Source: Auanema rhodensis (lineage: Eukaryota; Animalia; Nematoda). From it: a stretch of DNA of 64,000 nucleotides. The notes beneath the pieces are model-generated. The model made no database searches. It saw only the letters and a program-made list of their open reading frames with translations, and was not told the DNA's origin. Positions 12,201-26,277 of this stretch are shown one piece after another (positions within the stretch are counted from its first letter, which is position 1; every line of letters starts with the position of its first letter). Location of the stretch: positions 1,364,001-1,428,000 of the forward strand of contig OZ059900.1 of NCBI GenBank assembly GCA_964057225.1, read 5' to 3'. Both the position numbers and the translations under genes were made by a program.

Positions 12201-14454
12201 ACAAAAGTCATCAATTAAACGCTAGTGATGTTTAAATACTGAATTTCGCTCAAATAGCATTACTACACTAAGTATGGTCGTTTTTATGCCTTTAACACCA
12301 TATACTCACCGATTTTTGGTACAAAATCTGTAATACTCGTAAATTTTGATCATATTTGTTAAGATTTGAGAATCAAACATACAATACACAAAATCAATCT
12401 ATTTTTATGAGCTTGCACTGATATATATTCATTTTGATCAAAAAAGGTCGAAAATAGAAAGAATTTTTGAAATTTCCGAGTTTTGAGTCTAATTTGGCTA
12501 AATCGCTCATATATAAGATCAGAAGCATAGTTTTATTGTCTATGACAACAAAAATCATCAATTAAACGCTAGTGATATTTAAATACTGATTTTCGCTCAA
12601 ATAGCATTACTACACTAAGTATGGTCGTTTTTATGCCTTTAACACCATATACTCACCGATTTTTGGTACAAAATCTGTAATACTCGTAAATTTTGATCAT
12701 ATTCGTTAAGATTTGAAAATCAAACACACAATAAACAAAATCAGTCTATTTTTATGAGTTTGCACTGATATATATTCATTTTGATCAAAAAAGGTCGAAA
12801 ATAGAAAGAATTTTTGAATTTTCCGAGTTTTGAGTCCAATTGGGCTAAATCGCTCATATATATAATCAAAAGCATAGTTTTACTGTCTATGATAACAAAA
12901 GTCATCAATTAAACGCTAGTGATGTTTAAATACTGATTTTCGCTCAAATAGCATTACTACACTAAGTATGGTCGTTTTTATGCCTTTAACACCATATACT
13001 CACCGATTTTTGGTACAAAATCTGTGATACTCGTAAATTTTGATCATATTCGGTGAGATTCGAGAATCAAACACACAATACACGAAATAAGTTTATTTTT
13101 ATGAGTTTGCACTGATATATATTCATTTTGATCAAAAAAGGTCGAAAATAGAAAGAATTTTTGAATTTTCCGAGTTTTGAGTCTAATTTGGCTAAATCGC
13201 TCATATATATGATCAAAAGCATAGTTTTATTGTCTATAACAACAAAAGTCATCAATTAAACGCTAGTGATGTTTAAATACTGAATTTCGCTCAAATAGCA
13301 TTACTACACTAAGTATGGTCGTTTTTATGCCTTTAACACCATATACTCACCGATTTTTGGTACAAAATCTGTAATACTCGTAAATTTTGATCATATTCGT
13401 TAAGATTTGAGAATCAAACATACAATACACAAAATCAGTCTATTTTTATGAGCTTGCACTGATATATATTCATTTTGATCAAAAAAGGTCGAAAATAGAA
13501 AGAATTTTTGAAATTTCCGAGTTTTGAGTCTAATTTGGCTAAATCGCTCATATATAAGATCAGAAGCATAGTTTTATTGTCTATGACAACAAAAACCATC
13601 AATTAAACGCTAGTGATATTTAAATACTGATTTTCGCTCAAATAGCATTACTACACTAAGTATGGTCGTTTTTATGCCTTTAACACCATATACTCACCGA
13701 TTTTTGGTACAAAATCTGTAATACTCGTAAATTTTGATCATATTCGTTAAGATTTGAAAATCAAACACACAATAAACAAAATCAGTCTATTTTTATGAGT
13801 TTGCACTGATATATATTCATTTTGATCAAAAAAGGTCGAAAATAGAAAGAATTTTTGAATTTTCCGAGTTTTGAGTCCAATTGGGCTAAATCGCTCATAT
13901 ATATAATCAAAAGCATAGTTTTACTGTCTATGATAACAAAAGTCATCAATTAAACGCTAGTGATGTTTAAATACTGATTTTCGCTCAAATAGCATTACTA
14001 CACTAAGTATGGTCGTTTTTATGCCTTTAACACCATATACTCACCGATTTTTGGTACAAAATCTGTGATACTCGTAAATTTTGATCATATTCGGTGAGAT
14101 TCGAGAATCAAACACACAATACACGAAATAAGTTTATTTTTACGAGTTTGCACTGATATTTATTCATTTTGATCAAAAAAGGTCGAAAATAGAAAGAATT
14201 TTTGAAATTTCCGAGTTTTGAGTCTAATTTGGCTAAATCGCTCATATATATGATCAAAAGCATAGTTTTATTGTCTATGACAACAAAAGTCATCAATTAA
14301 ACGCTAGTGATGTTTAAATACTGAATTTCGCTCAAGTAGCATTACTACACTAAGTATGGTCGTTTTTATGCCTTTAACACCATGTACTCACCGATTTTTG
14401 GTACAAAATCTGTAATACTCGTAAATTTTGATCATATTCGGTGAGATTCGAGAA
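9250..14454 (+). repeat. Block of 15 consecutive 347-bp monomers organised as K-L-M trimers (1041 bp) and K-(L/M hybrid) dimers (694 bp)
   Basis: 14455-9250 = 15 x 347. All carry the 'aattaaacgctagtgat..taaatactga'-type allele. K ('atataagatcagaagc') at 9944, 10985, 11679, 12373, 13414; L-type 5' ends ('caataaacaaaatcag') at 10291, 11332, 12026, 12720, 13761. Confidence 0.88.
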
Positions 14455-17400
14455 TCAAACACACAATACACGAAATAAGTTTATTTTGACGAGTTTGCAC
14501 TGATATTTATTCATTTTGATCAAAAAAGGTCGAAAATAGAAAGAATTTTTGAATTTTCCGAGTTTTGAGTCCAATTGGGCTAAATCGCTCATATATATGA
14601 TCAAAAGCATAGTTTTACTGTCTATGATAACAAAAGTCTTCAAATATACACTAATAATGATTAAATCACTGAATTTCACTCAAATAGCATTACTACACTA
14701 AGTATGGTCGTTTTTATGCCTTTAACACCATATACTCACCGATTTTTGGTACAAAATCTGTAATACTCGTAAATTTTGATCATATTCGGTGAGATTCGAA
14801 AATCAAACACACAATACACGAAATAAGTTTATTTTGACGAGTTTGCACTGATATTTATTCATTTTGATCAAAAAAGGTCGAAAATAGAAAGAATTTTTGA
14901 ATTTTCCGAGTTTTGAGTCCAATTGGGCTAAATCGCTCATATATATGATCAAAAGCATAGTTTTACTGTCTATGATAACAAAAGTCTTCAAATATACACT
15001 AATAATGATTAAATCACTGAATTTCACTCAAATAGCATTACTACACTAAGTATGGTCGTTTTTATGCCTTTAACACCATATACTCACCGATTTTTGGTAC
15101 AAAATCTGTGATACTCGTAAATTTTGATCATATTCGGTGAGATTCGAGAATCGCACATACAATACACGAAATAAGTCTATTTTTACGAGTTTGCACTGAT
15201 ATTTATTCATTTTGATCAAAAAAGGTCGAAAATAGAAAGAATTTTTGAAATTTCCGAGTTTTGAGTCTAATTTGGCTAAATCGCTCATATATATGATCAA
15301 AAGCATAGTTTTACTGTCTATGATAACAAAAGTCTTCAAATATACACTAATAATGTGTAAATCACTGAATTTCACTCAAATAGCTTTACTACACTAAGTA
15401 TGGTCGTTTTTATGCCTTTAACACCATATACTCACCGATTTTTGGTACAAAATCTGTAATACTCGTAAATTTCGATCATATTCGTTAAGATTCGAGAATC
15501 AAACACACAATACACGAAATAAGTTTATTTTTACCAGTTTGCACTGATATTTATTCATTTTGATCAAAAAAGGTCGAAAATAGAAAGAATTTTTGAATTT
15601 TCCGAGTTTTGAGTCCAATTGGGCTAAATCGCTCATATATATGATCAAAAGCATAGTTTCACTGTCTATGATAACAAAAGTCTTCAAATATACACTAGTA
15701 ATGATTAAATCACTGAATTTCACTCAAATAGCTTTACTACACTAAGTATGGTCGTTTTTATGCCTTTAACACCATATACTCACCGATTTTTGGTACAAAA
15801 TCTGTGATACTCGTAAATTTTGATCATATTCGGTGAGATTCGAGAATCAAACACACAATACACGAAATAAGTTTATTTTTACGAGTTTGCACTGATATTT
15901 ATTCATTTTGATCAAAAAAGGTCGAAAATAGAAAGAATTTTTGAAATTTCCGAGTTTTGAGTCTAATTTGGCTAAATCGCTCATATATATGATCAAAAGC
16001 ATAGTTTTACTGTCTATGATAACAAAAGTCTTCAAATATACACTAATAATGTGTAAATCACTGAATTTCACTCAAATAGCTTTACTACACTAAGTATGGT
16101 CGTTTTTATGCCTTTAACACCATATACTCACCGATTTTTGGTACAAAATCTGTGATACTCGTAAATTTTGATCATATTCGTTAAGATTTGAGAATCAAAC
16201 ATACAATACACAAAATCAGTCTATTTTTATGACCTTGCACTGATATATATTCATTTTGATCAAAAAAGGTCGAAAATAGAAAGAATTTTTGAAATTTCCG
16301 AGTTTTGAGTCTAATTTGGCTAAATCGCTCATATATAAGATCAGAAGCATAGTTTTATTGTCTATGACAACAAAAATCATCAATTAAACGCTAGTGATAT
16401 TTAAATACTGATTTTCGCTCAAATAGCATTACTACACTAAGTATGGTCGTTTTTATGCCTTTAACACCATATACTCACCGATTTTTGGTACAAAATCTGT
16501 GATACTCGTAAATTTTGATCATATTCGGTGAGATTCGAGAATCAAACACACAATACACGAAATAAGTTTATTTTGACGAGTTTGCACTGATATTTATTCA
16601 TTTTGATCAAAAAAGGTCGAAAATAGAAAGAATTTTTGAAATTTCCGAGTTTTGAGTCTAATTTGGCTAAATCGCTCATATATATGATCAAAAGCATAGT
16701 TTTACTGTCTATGATAACAAAAGTCTTCAAATATACACTAATAATGTGTAAATCACTGAATTTCACTCAAATAGCTTTACTACACTAAGTATGGTCGTTT
16801 TTATGCCTTTAACACCATATACTCACCGATTTTTGGTACAAAATCTGTAATACTCGTAAATTTTGATCATATTCGGTGAGATTCGAGAATCAAACACACA
16901 ATACACGAAATAAGTTTATTTTGACGAGTTTGCACTGATATTTATTCATTTTGATCAAAAAAGGTCGAAAATAGAAAGAATTTTTGAATTTTCCGAGTTT
17001 TGAGTCCAATTGGGCTAAATCGCTCATATATATAATCAAAAGCATAGTTTTACTGTCTATGATAACAAAAATCATCAATTAAACGCTAGTGATGTTTAAA
17101 TACTGATTTTCGCTCAAATAGCATTACTACACTAAGTATGGTCGTTTTTATGCCTTTAACACCATATACTCACCGATTTTTGGTACAAAATCTGTGATAC
17201 TCGTAAATTTTGATCATATTCGGTGAGATTCGAGAATCAAACACACAATACACGAAATAAGTTTATTTTTACGAGTTTGCACTGATATTTATTCATTTTG
17301 ATCAAAAAAGGTCGAAAATAGAAAGAATTTTTGAAATTTCCGAGTTTTGAGTCTAATTTGGCTAAATCGCTCATATATATGATCAAAAGCATAGTTTTAT

Positions 17401-20400
17401 TGTCTATGACAACAAAAGTCATCAATTAAACGCTAGTGATGTTTAAATACTGAATTTCGCTCAAGTAGCATTACTACACTAAGTATGGTCGTTTTTATGC
17501 CTTTAACACCATATACTCACCGATTTTTGGTACAAAATCTGTAATACTCGTAAATTTTGATCATATTCGGTGAGATTCGAGAATCAAACACACAATACAC
17601 GAAATAAGTTTATTTTGACGAGTTTGCACTGATATTTATTCATTTTGATCAAAAAAGGTCGAAAATAGAAAGAATTTTTGAATTTTCCGAGTTTTGAGTC
17701 CAATTGGGCTAAATCGCTCATATATATGATCAAAAGCATAGTTTTACTGTCTATGATAACAAAAGTCTTCAAATATACACTAATAATGATTAAATCACTG
17801 AATTTCACTCAAATAGCATTACTACACTAAGTATGGTCGTTTTTATGCCTTTAACACCATATACTCACCGATTTTTGGTACAAAATCTGTAATACTCGTA
17901 AATTTTGATCATATTCGGTGAGATTCGAGAATCAAACACACAATACACGAAATAAGTTTATTTTGACGAGTTTGCACTGATATTTATTCATTTTGATCAA
18001 AAAAGGTCGAAAATAGAAAGAATTTTTGAATTTTCCGAGTTTTGAGTCCAATTGGGCTAAATCGCTCATATATATGATCAAAAGCATAGTTTTACTGTCT
18101 ATGATAACAAAAGTCTTCAAATATACACTAATAATGATTAAATCACTGAATTTCACTCAAATAGCATTACTACACTAAGTATGGTCGTTTTTATGCCTTT
18201 AACACCATATACTCACCGATTTTTGGTACAAAATCTGTAATACTCGTAAATTTTGATCATATTCGGTGAGATTCGAGAATCAAACACACAATACACGAAA
18301 TAAGTTTATTTTGACGAGTTTGCACTGATATTTATTCATTTTGATCAAAAAAGGTCGAAAATAGAAAGAATTTTTGAATTTTCCGAGTTTTGAGTCCAAT
18401 TGGGCTAAATCGCTCATATATATGATCAAAAGCATAGTTTTACTGTCTATGATAACAAAAGTCTTCAAATATACACTAATAATGATTAAATCACTGAATT
18501 TCACTCAAATAGCATTACTACACTAAGTATGGTCGTTTTTATGCCTTTAACACCATATACTCACCGATTTTTGGTACAAAATCTGTGATACTCGTAAATT
18601 TTGATCATATTCGGTGAGATTCGAGAATCGCACATACAATACACGAAATAAGTCTATTTTTACGAGTTTGCACTGATATTTATTCATTTTGATCAAAAAA
18701 GGTCGAAAATAGAAAGAATTTTTGAAATTTCCGAGTTTTGAGTCTAATTTGGCTAAATCGCTCATATATATGATCAAAAGCATAGTTTTACTGTCTATGA
18801 TAACAAAAGTCTTCAAATATACACTAATAATGTGTAAATCACTGAATTTCACTCAAATAGCTTTACTACACTAAGTATGGTCGTTTTTATGCCTTTAACA
18901 CCATATACTCACCGATTTTTGGTACAAAATCTGTAATACTCGTAAATTTCGATCATATTCGTTAAGATTCGAGAATCAAACACACAATACACGAAATAAG
19001 TTTATTTTTACCAGTTTGCACTGATATTTATTCATTTTGATCAAAAAAGGTCGAAAATAGAAAGAATTTTTGAATTTTCCGAGTTTTGAGTCCAATTGGG
19101 CTAAATCGCTCATATATATGATCAAAAGCATAGTTTCACTGTCTATGATAACAAAAGTCTTCAAATATACACTAGTAATGATTAAATCACTGAATTTCAC
19201 TCAAATAGCTTTACTACACTAAGTATGGTCGTTTTTATGCCTTTAACACCATATACTCACCGATTTTTGGTACAAAATCTGTGATACTCGTAAATTTTGA
19301 TCATATTCGGTGAGATTCGAGAATCAAACACACAATACACGAAATAAGTTTATTTTTACGAGTTTGCACTGATATTTATTCATTTTGATCAAAAAAGGTC
19401 GAAAATAGAAAGAATTTTTGAAATTTCCGAGTTTTGAGTCTAATTTGGCTAAATCGCTCATATATATGATCAAAAGCATAGTTTTACTGTCTATGATAAC
19501 AAAAGTCTTCAAATATACACTAATAATGATTAAATCACTGAATTTCACTCAAATAGCATTACTACACTAAGTATGGTCGTTTTTATGCCTTTAACACCAT
19601 ATACTCACCGATTTTTGGTACAAAATCTGTAATACTCGTAAATTTTGATCATATTCGGTGAGATTCGAGAATCAAACACACAATACACGAAATAAGTTTA
19701 TTTTGACGAGTTTGCACTGATATTTATTCATTTTGATCAAAAAAGGTCGAAAATAGAAAGAATTTTTGAATTTTCCGAGTTTTGAGTCCAATTGGGCTAA
19801 ATCGCTCATATATATGATCAAAAGCATAGTTTTACTGTCTATGATAACAAAAGTCTTCAAATATACACTAATAATGATTAAATCACTGAATTTCACTCAA
19901 ATAGCATTACTACACTAAGTATGGTCGTTTTTATGCCTTTAACACCATATACTCACCGATTTTTGGTACAAAATCTGTGATACTCGTAAATTTTGATCAT
20001 ATTCGGTGAGATTCGAGAATCGCACATACAATACACGAAATAAGTCTATTTTTACGAGTTTGCACTGATATTTATTCATTTTGATCAAAAAAGGTCGAAA
20101 ATAGAAAGAATTTTTGAAATTTCCGAGTTTTGAGTCTAATTTGGCTAAATCGCTCATATATATGATCAAAAGCATAGTTTTACTGTCTATGATAACAAAA
20201 GTCTTCAAATATACACTAATAATGTGTAAATCACTGAATTTCACTCAAATAGCTTTACTACACTAAGTATGGTCGTTTTTATGCCTTTAACACCATATAC
20301 TCACCGATTTTTGGTACAAAATCTGTAATACTCGTAAATTTCGATCATATTCGTTAAGATTCGAGAATCAAACACACAATACACGAAATAAGTTTATTTT

Positions 20401-23400
20401 TACCAGTTTGCACTGATATTTATTCATTTTGATCAAAAAAGGTCGAAAATAGAAAGAATTTTTGAATTTTCCGAGTTTTGAGTCCAATTGGGCTAAATCG
20501 CTCATATATATGATCAAAAGCATAGTTTCACTGTCTATGATAACAAAAGTCTTCAAATATACACTAGTAATGATTAAATCACTGAATTTCACTCAAATAG
20601 CTTTACTACACTAAGTATGGTCGTTTTTATGCCTTTAACACCATATACTCACCGATTTTTGGTACAAAATCTGTAATACTCGTAAATTTTGATCATATTC
20701 GGTGAGATTCGAGAATCAAACACACAATACACGAAATAAGTTTATTTTGACGAGTTTGCACTGATATTTATTCATTTTGATCAAAAAAGGTCGAAAATAG
20801 AAAGAATTTTTGAATTTTCCGAGTTTTGAGTCCAATTGGGCTAAATCGCTCATATATATGATCAAAAGCATAGTTTTACTGTCTATGATAACAAAAGTCT
20901 TCAAATATACACTAATAATGATTAAATCACTGAATTTCACTCAAATAGCATTACTACACTAAGTATGGTCGTTTTTATGCCTTTAACACCATATACTCAC
21001 CGATTTTTGGTACAAAATCTGTGATACTCGTAAATTTTGATCATATTCGGTGAGATTCGAGAATCGCACATACAATACACGAAATAAGTCTATTTTTACG
21101 AGTTTGCACTGATATTTATTCATTTTGATCAAAAAAGGTCGAAAATAGAAAGAATTTTTGAAATTTCCGAGTTTTGAGTCTAATTTGGCTAAATCGCTCA
21201 TATATATGATCAAAAGCATAGTTTTACTGTCTATGATAACAAAAGTCTTCAAATATACACTAATAATGTGTAAATCACTGAATTTCACTCAAATAGCTTT
21301 ACTACACTAAGTATGGTCGTTTTTATGCCTTTAACACCATATACTCACCGATTTTTGGTACAAAATCTGTAATACTCGTAAATTTCGATCATATTCGTTA
21401 AGATTCGAGAATCAAACACACAATACACGAAATAAGTTTATTTTTACCAGTTTGCACTGATATTTATTCATTTTGATCAAAAAAGGTCGAAAATAGAAAG
21501 AATTTTTGAATTTTCCGAGTTTTGAGTCCAATTGGGCTAAATCGCTCATATATATGATCAAAAGCATAGTTTCACTGTCTATGATAACAAAAGTCTTCAA
21601 ATATACACTAGTAATGATTAAATCACTGAATTTCACTCAAATAGCTTTACTACACTAAGTATGGTCGTTTTTATGCCTTTAACACCATATACTCACCGAT
21701 TTTTGGTACAAAATCTGTGATACTCGTAAATTTTGATCATATTCGGTGAGATTCGAGAATCAAACACACAATACACGAAATAAGTTTATTTTTACGAGTT
21801 TGCACTGATATTTATTCATTTTGATCAAAAAAGGTCGAAAATAGAAAGAATTTTTGAAATTTCCGAGTTTTGAGTCTAATTTGGCTAAATCGCTCATATA
21901 TATGATCAAAAGCATAGTTTTACTGTCTATGATAACAAAAGTCTTCAAATATACACTAATAATGTGTAAATCACTGAATTTCACTCAAATAGCTTTACTA
22001 CACTAAGTATGGTCGTTTTTATGCCTTTAACACCATATACTCACCGATTTTTGGTACAAAATCTGTGATACTCGTAAATTTTGATCATATTCGTTAAGAT
22101 TTGAGAATCAAACATACAATACACAAAATCAGTCTATTTTTATGAGCTTGCACTGATATATATTCATTTTGATCAAAAAAGGTCGAAAATAGAAAGAATT
22201 TTTGAAATTTCCGAGTTTTGAGTCTAATTTGGCTAAATCGCTCATATATAAGATCAGAAGCATAGTTTTATTGTCTATGACAACAAAAATCATCAATTAA
22301 ACGCTAGTGATATTTAAATACTGATTTTCGCTCAAATAGCATTACTACACTAAGTATGGTCGTTTTTATGCCTTTAACACCATATACTCACCGATTTTTG
22401 GTACAAAATCTGTAATACTCGTAAATTTTGATCATATTCGGTGAGATTCGAGAATCAAACACACAATACACGAAATAAATTTATTTTGACGAGTTTGCAC
22501 TGATATTTATTCATTCTGATCAAAAAAGGTCGAAAATAGAAAGAATTTTTGAATTTTCCGAGTTTTGAGTCCAATTGGGCTAAATCGCTCATATATATGA
22601 TCAAAAGCATAGTTTTACTGTCTATGATAACAAAAGTCTTCAAATATACACTAATAATGATTAAATCACTGAATTTCACTCAAATAGCATTACTACACTA
22701 AGTATGGTCGTTTTTATGCCTTTAACACCATATACTCACCGATTTTTGGTACAAAATCTGTGATACTCGTAAATTTTGATCATATTCGGTGAGATTCGAG
22801 AATCGAACACACAATACACGAAATAAGTCTATTTTTACGAGTTTGCACTGATATTTATTCATTTTGATCAAAAAAGGTCGAAAATAGAAAGAATTTTTGA
22901 AATTTCCGAGTTTTGAGTCTAATTTGGCTAAATCGCTCATATATATGATCAAAAGCATAGTTTTACTGTCTATGATAACAAAAGTCTTCAAATATACACT
23001 AATAATGTGTAAATCACTGAATTTCACTCAAATAGCTTTACTACACTAAGTATGGTCGTTTTTATGCCTTTAACACCATATACTCACCGATTTTTGGTAC
23101 AAAATCTGTAATACTCGTAAATTTCGATCATATTCGTTAAGATTCGAGAATCAAACACACAATACACGAAATAAGTTTATTTTTACCAGTTTGCACTGAT
23201 ATTTATTCATTTTGATCAAAAAAGGTCGAAAATAGAAAGAATTTTTGAATTTTCCGAGTTTTGAGTCCAATTGGGCTAAATCGCTCATATATATGATCAA
23301 AAGCATAGTTTCACTGTCTATGATAACAAAAGTCTTCAAATATACACTAGTAATGATTAAATCACTGAATTTCACTCAAATAGCTTTACTACACTAAGTA

Positions 23401-26277
23401 TGGTCGTTTTTATGCCTTTAACACCATATACTCACCGATTTTTGGTACAAAATCTGTGATACTCGTAAATTTTGATCATATTCGGTGAGATTCGAAAATC
23501 AAACACACAATACACGAAATAAGTTTATTTTTACAAGTTTGCACTGATATTTATTCATTTTGATCAAAAAAGGTCGAAAATAGAAAGAATTTTTGAAATT
23601 TCCGAGTTTTGAGTCTAATTTGGCTAAATCGCTCATATATATGATCAAAAGCATAGTTTTATTGTCTATAACAACAAAAGTCATCAATTAAACGCTAGTG
23701 ATGTTTAAATACTGAATTTCGCTCAAATAGCATTACTACACTAAGTATGGTCGTTTTTATGCCTTTAACACCATATACTCACCGATTTTTGGTACAAAAT
23801 CTGTAATACTCGTAAATTTTGATCATATTTGTTAAGATTTGAGAATCAAACATACAATACACAAAATCAATCTATTTTTATGAGCTTGCACTGATATATA
23901 TTCATTTTGATCAAAAAAGGTCGAAAATAGAAAGAATTTTTGAAATTTCCGAGTTTTGAGTCTAATTTGGCTAAATCGCTCATATATAAGATCAGAAGCA
24001 TAGTTTTATTGTCTATGACAACAAAAATCATCAATTAAACGCTAGTGATATTTAAATACTGATTTTCGCTCAAATAGCATTACTACACTAAGTATGGTCG
24101 TTTTTATGCCTTTAACACCATATACTCACCGATTTTTGGTACAAAATCTGTAATACTCGTAAATTTTGATCATATTCGTTAAGATTTGAAAATCAAACAC
24201 ACAATAAACAAAATCAGTCTATTTTTATGAGTTTGCACTGATATATATTCATTTTGATCAAAAAAGGTCGAAAATAGAAAGAATTTTTGAATTTTCCGAG
24301 TTTTGAGTCCAATTGGGCTAAATCGCTCATATATATAATCAAAAGCATAGTTTTACTGTCTATGATAACAAAAGTCATCAATTAAACGCTAGTGATGTTT
24401 AAATACTGATTTTCGCTCAAATAGCATTACTACACTAAGTATGGTCGTTTTTATGCCTTTAACACCATATACTCACCGATTTTTGGTACAAAATCTGTGA
24501 TACTCGTAAATTTTGATCATATTCGGTGAGATTCGAGAATCAAACACACAATACACGAAATAAGTTTATTTTTATGAGTTTGCACTGATATATATTCATT
24601 TTGATCAAAAAAGGTCGAAAATAGAAAGAATTTTTGAATTTTCCGAGTTTTGAGTCTAATTTGGCTAAATCGCTCATATATATGATCAAAAGCATAGTTT
24701 TATTGTCTATAACAACAAAAGTCATCAATTAAACGCTAGTGATGTTTAAATACTGAATTTCGCTCAAATAGCATTACTACACTAAGTATGGTCGTTTTTA
24801 TGCCTTTAACACCATATACTCACCGATTTTTGGTACAAAATCTGTAATACTCGTAAATTTTGATCATATTCGTTAAGATTTGAGAATCAAACACACAATA
24901 CACGAAATAAGTTTATTTTGACGAGTTTGCACTGATATTTATTCATTTTGATCAAAAAAGGTCGAAAATAGAAAGAATTTTTGAATTTTCCGAGTTTTGA
25001 GTCCAATTGGGCTAAATCGCTCATATATATGATCAAAAGCATAGTTTTACTGTCTATGATAACAAAAGTCTTCAAATATACACTAATAATGATTAAATCA
25101 CTGAATTTCACTCAAATAGCATTACTACACTAAGTATGGTCGTTTTTATGCCTTTAACACCATATACTCACCGATTTTTGGTACAAAATCTGTGATACTC
25201 GTAAATTTTGATCATATTCGGTGAGATTCGAGAATCGAACACACAATACACGAAATAAGTCTATTTTTACGAGTTTGCACTGATATTTATTCATTTTGAT
25301 CAAAAAAGGTCGAAAATAGAAAGAATTTTTGAAATTTCCGAGTTTTGAGTCTAATTTGGCTAAATCGCTCATATATATGATCAAAAGCATAGTTTTACTG
25401 TCTATGATAACAAAAGTCTTCAAATATACACTAATAATGTGTAAATCACTGAATTTCACTCAAATAGCTTTACTACACTAAGTATGGTCGTTTTTATGCC
25501 TTTAACACCATATACTCACCGATTTTTGGTACAAAATCTGTAATACTCGTAAATTTCGATCATATTCGTTAAGATTCGAGAATCAAACACACAATACACG
25601 AAATAAGTTTATTTTTACCAGTTTGCACTGATATTTATTCATTTTGATCAAAAAAGGTCGAAAATAGAAAGAATTTTTGAATTTTCCGAGTTTTGAGTCC
25701 AATTGGGCTAAATCGCTCATATATATGATCAAAAGCATAGTTTCACTGTCTATGATAACAAAAGTCTTCAAATATACACTAGTAATGATTAAATCACTGA
25801 ATTTCACTCAAATAGCTTTACTACACTAAGTATGGTCGTTTTTATGCCTTTAACACCATATACTCACCGATTTTTGGTACAAAATCTGTGATACTCGTAA
25901 ATTTTGATCATATTCGGTGAGATTCGAGAATCAAACACACAATACACGAAATAAGTTTATTTTTACGAGTTTGCACTGATATTTATTCATTTTGATCAAA
26001 AAAGGTCGAAAATAGAAAGAATTTTTGAAATTTCCGAGTTTTGAGTCCAATTGGGCTAAATCGCTCATATATATAATCAAAAGCATAGTTTTACTGTCTA
26101 TGATAACAAAAGTCATCAATTAAACGCTAGTGATGTTTAAATACTGATTTTCGCTCAAATAGCATTACTACACTAAGTATGGTCGTTTTTATGCCTTTAA
26201 CACCATATACTCACCGATTTTTGGTACAAAATCTGTGATACTCGTAAATTTTGATCATATTCGGTGAGATTCGAGAA
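13067..26277 (+). repeat. Large tandem duplication, copy 1 (38 monomers, 13211 bp)
   Basis: Monomer order matches 26278-38444. Rare SNPs shared at offset 13211: catGtact 14384/27595, tgaCcttg 16233/29444. Confidence 0.92.
18280..21759 (+). repeat. A-B'-C trimeric HOR (1044 bp) of 348-bp monomers
   Basis: A ('ttttgacgag'), B' ('gaatcgcacatac') and C ('tttcgatca..taccagttt..tttcactg') start at 18280, 19672 and 20716, with one extra monomer at 19324. Confidence 0.85.
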
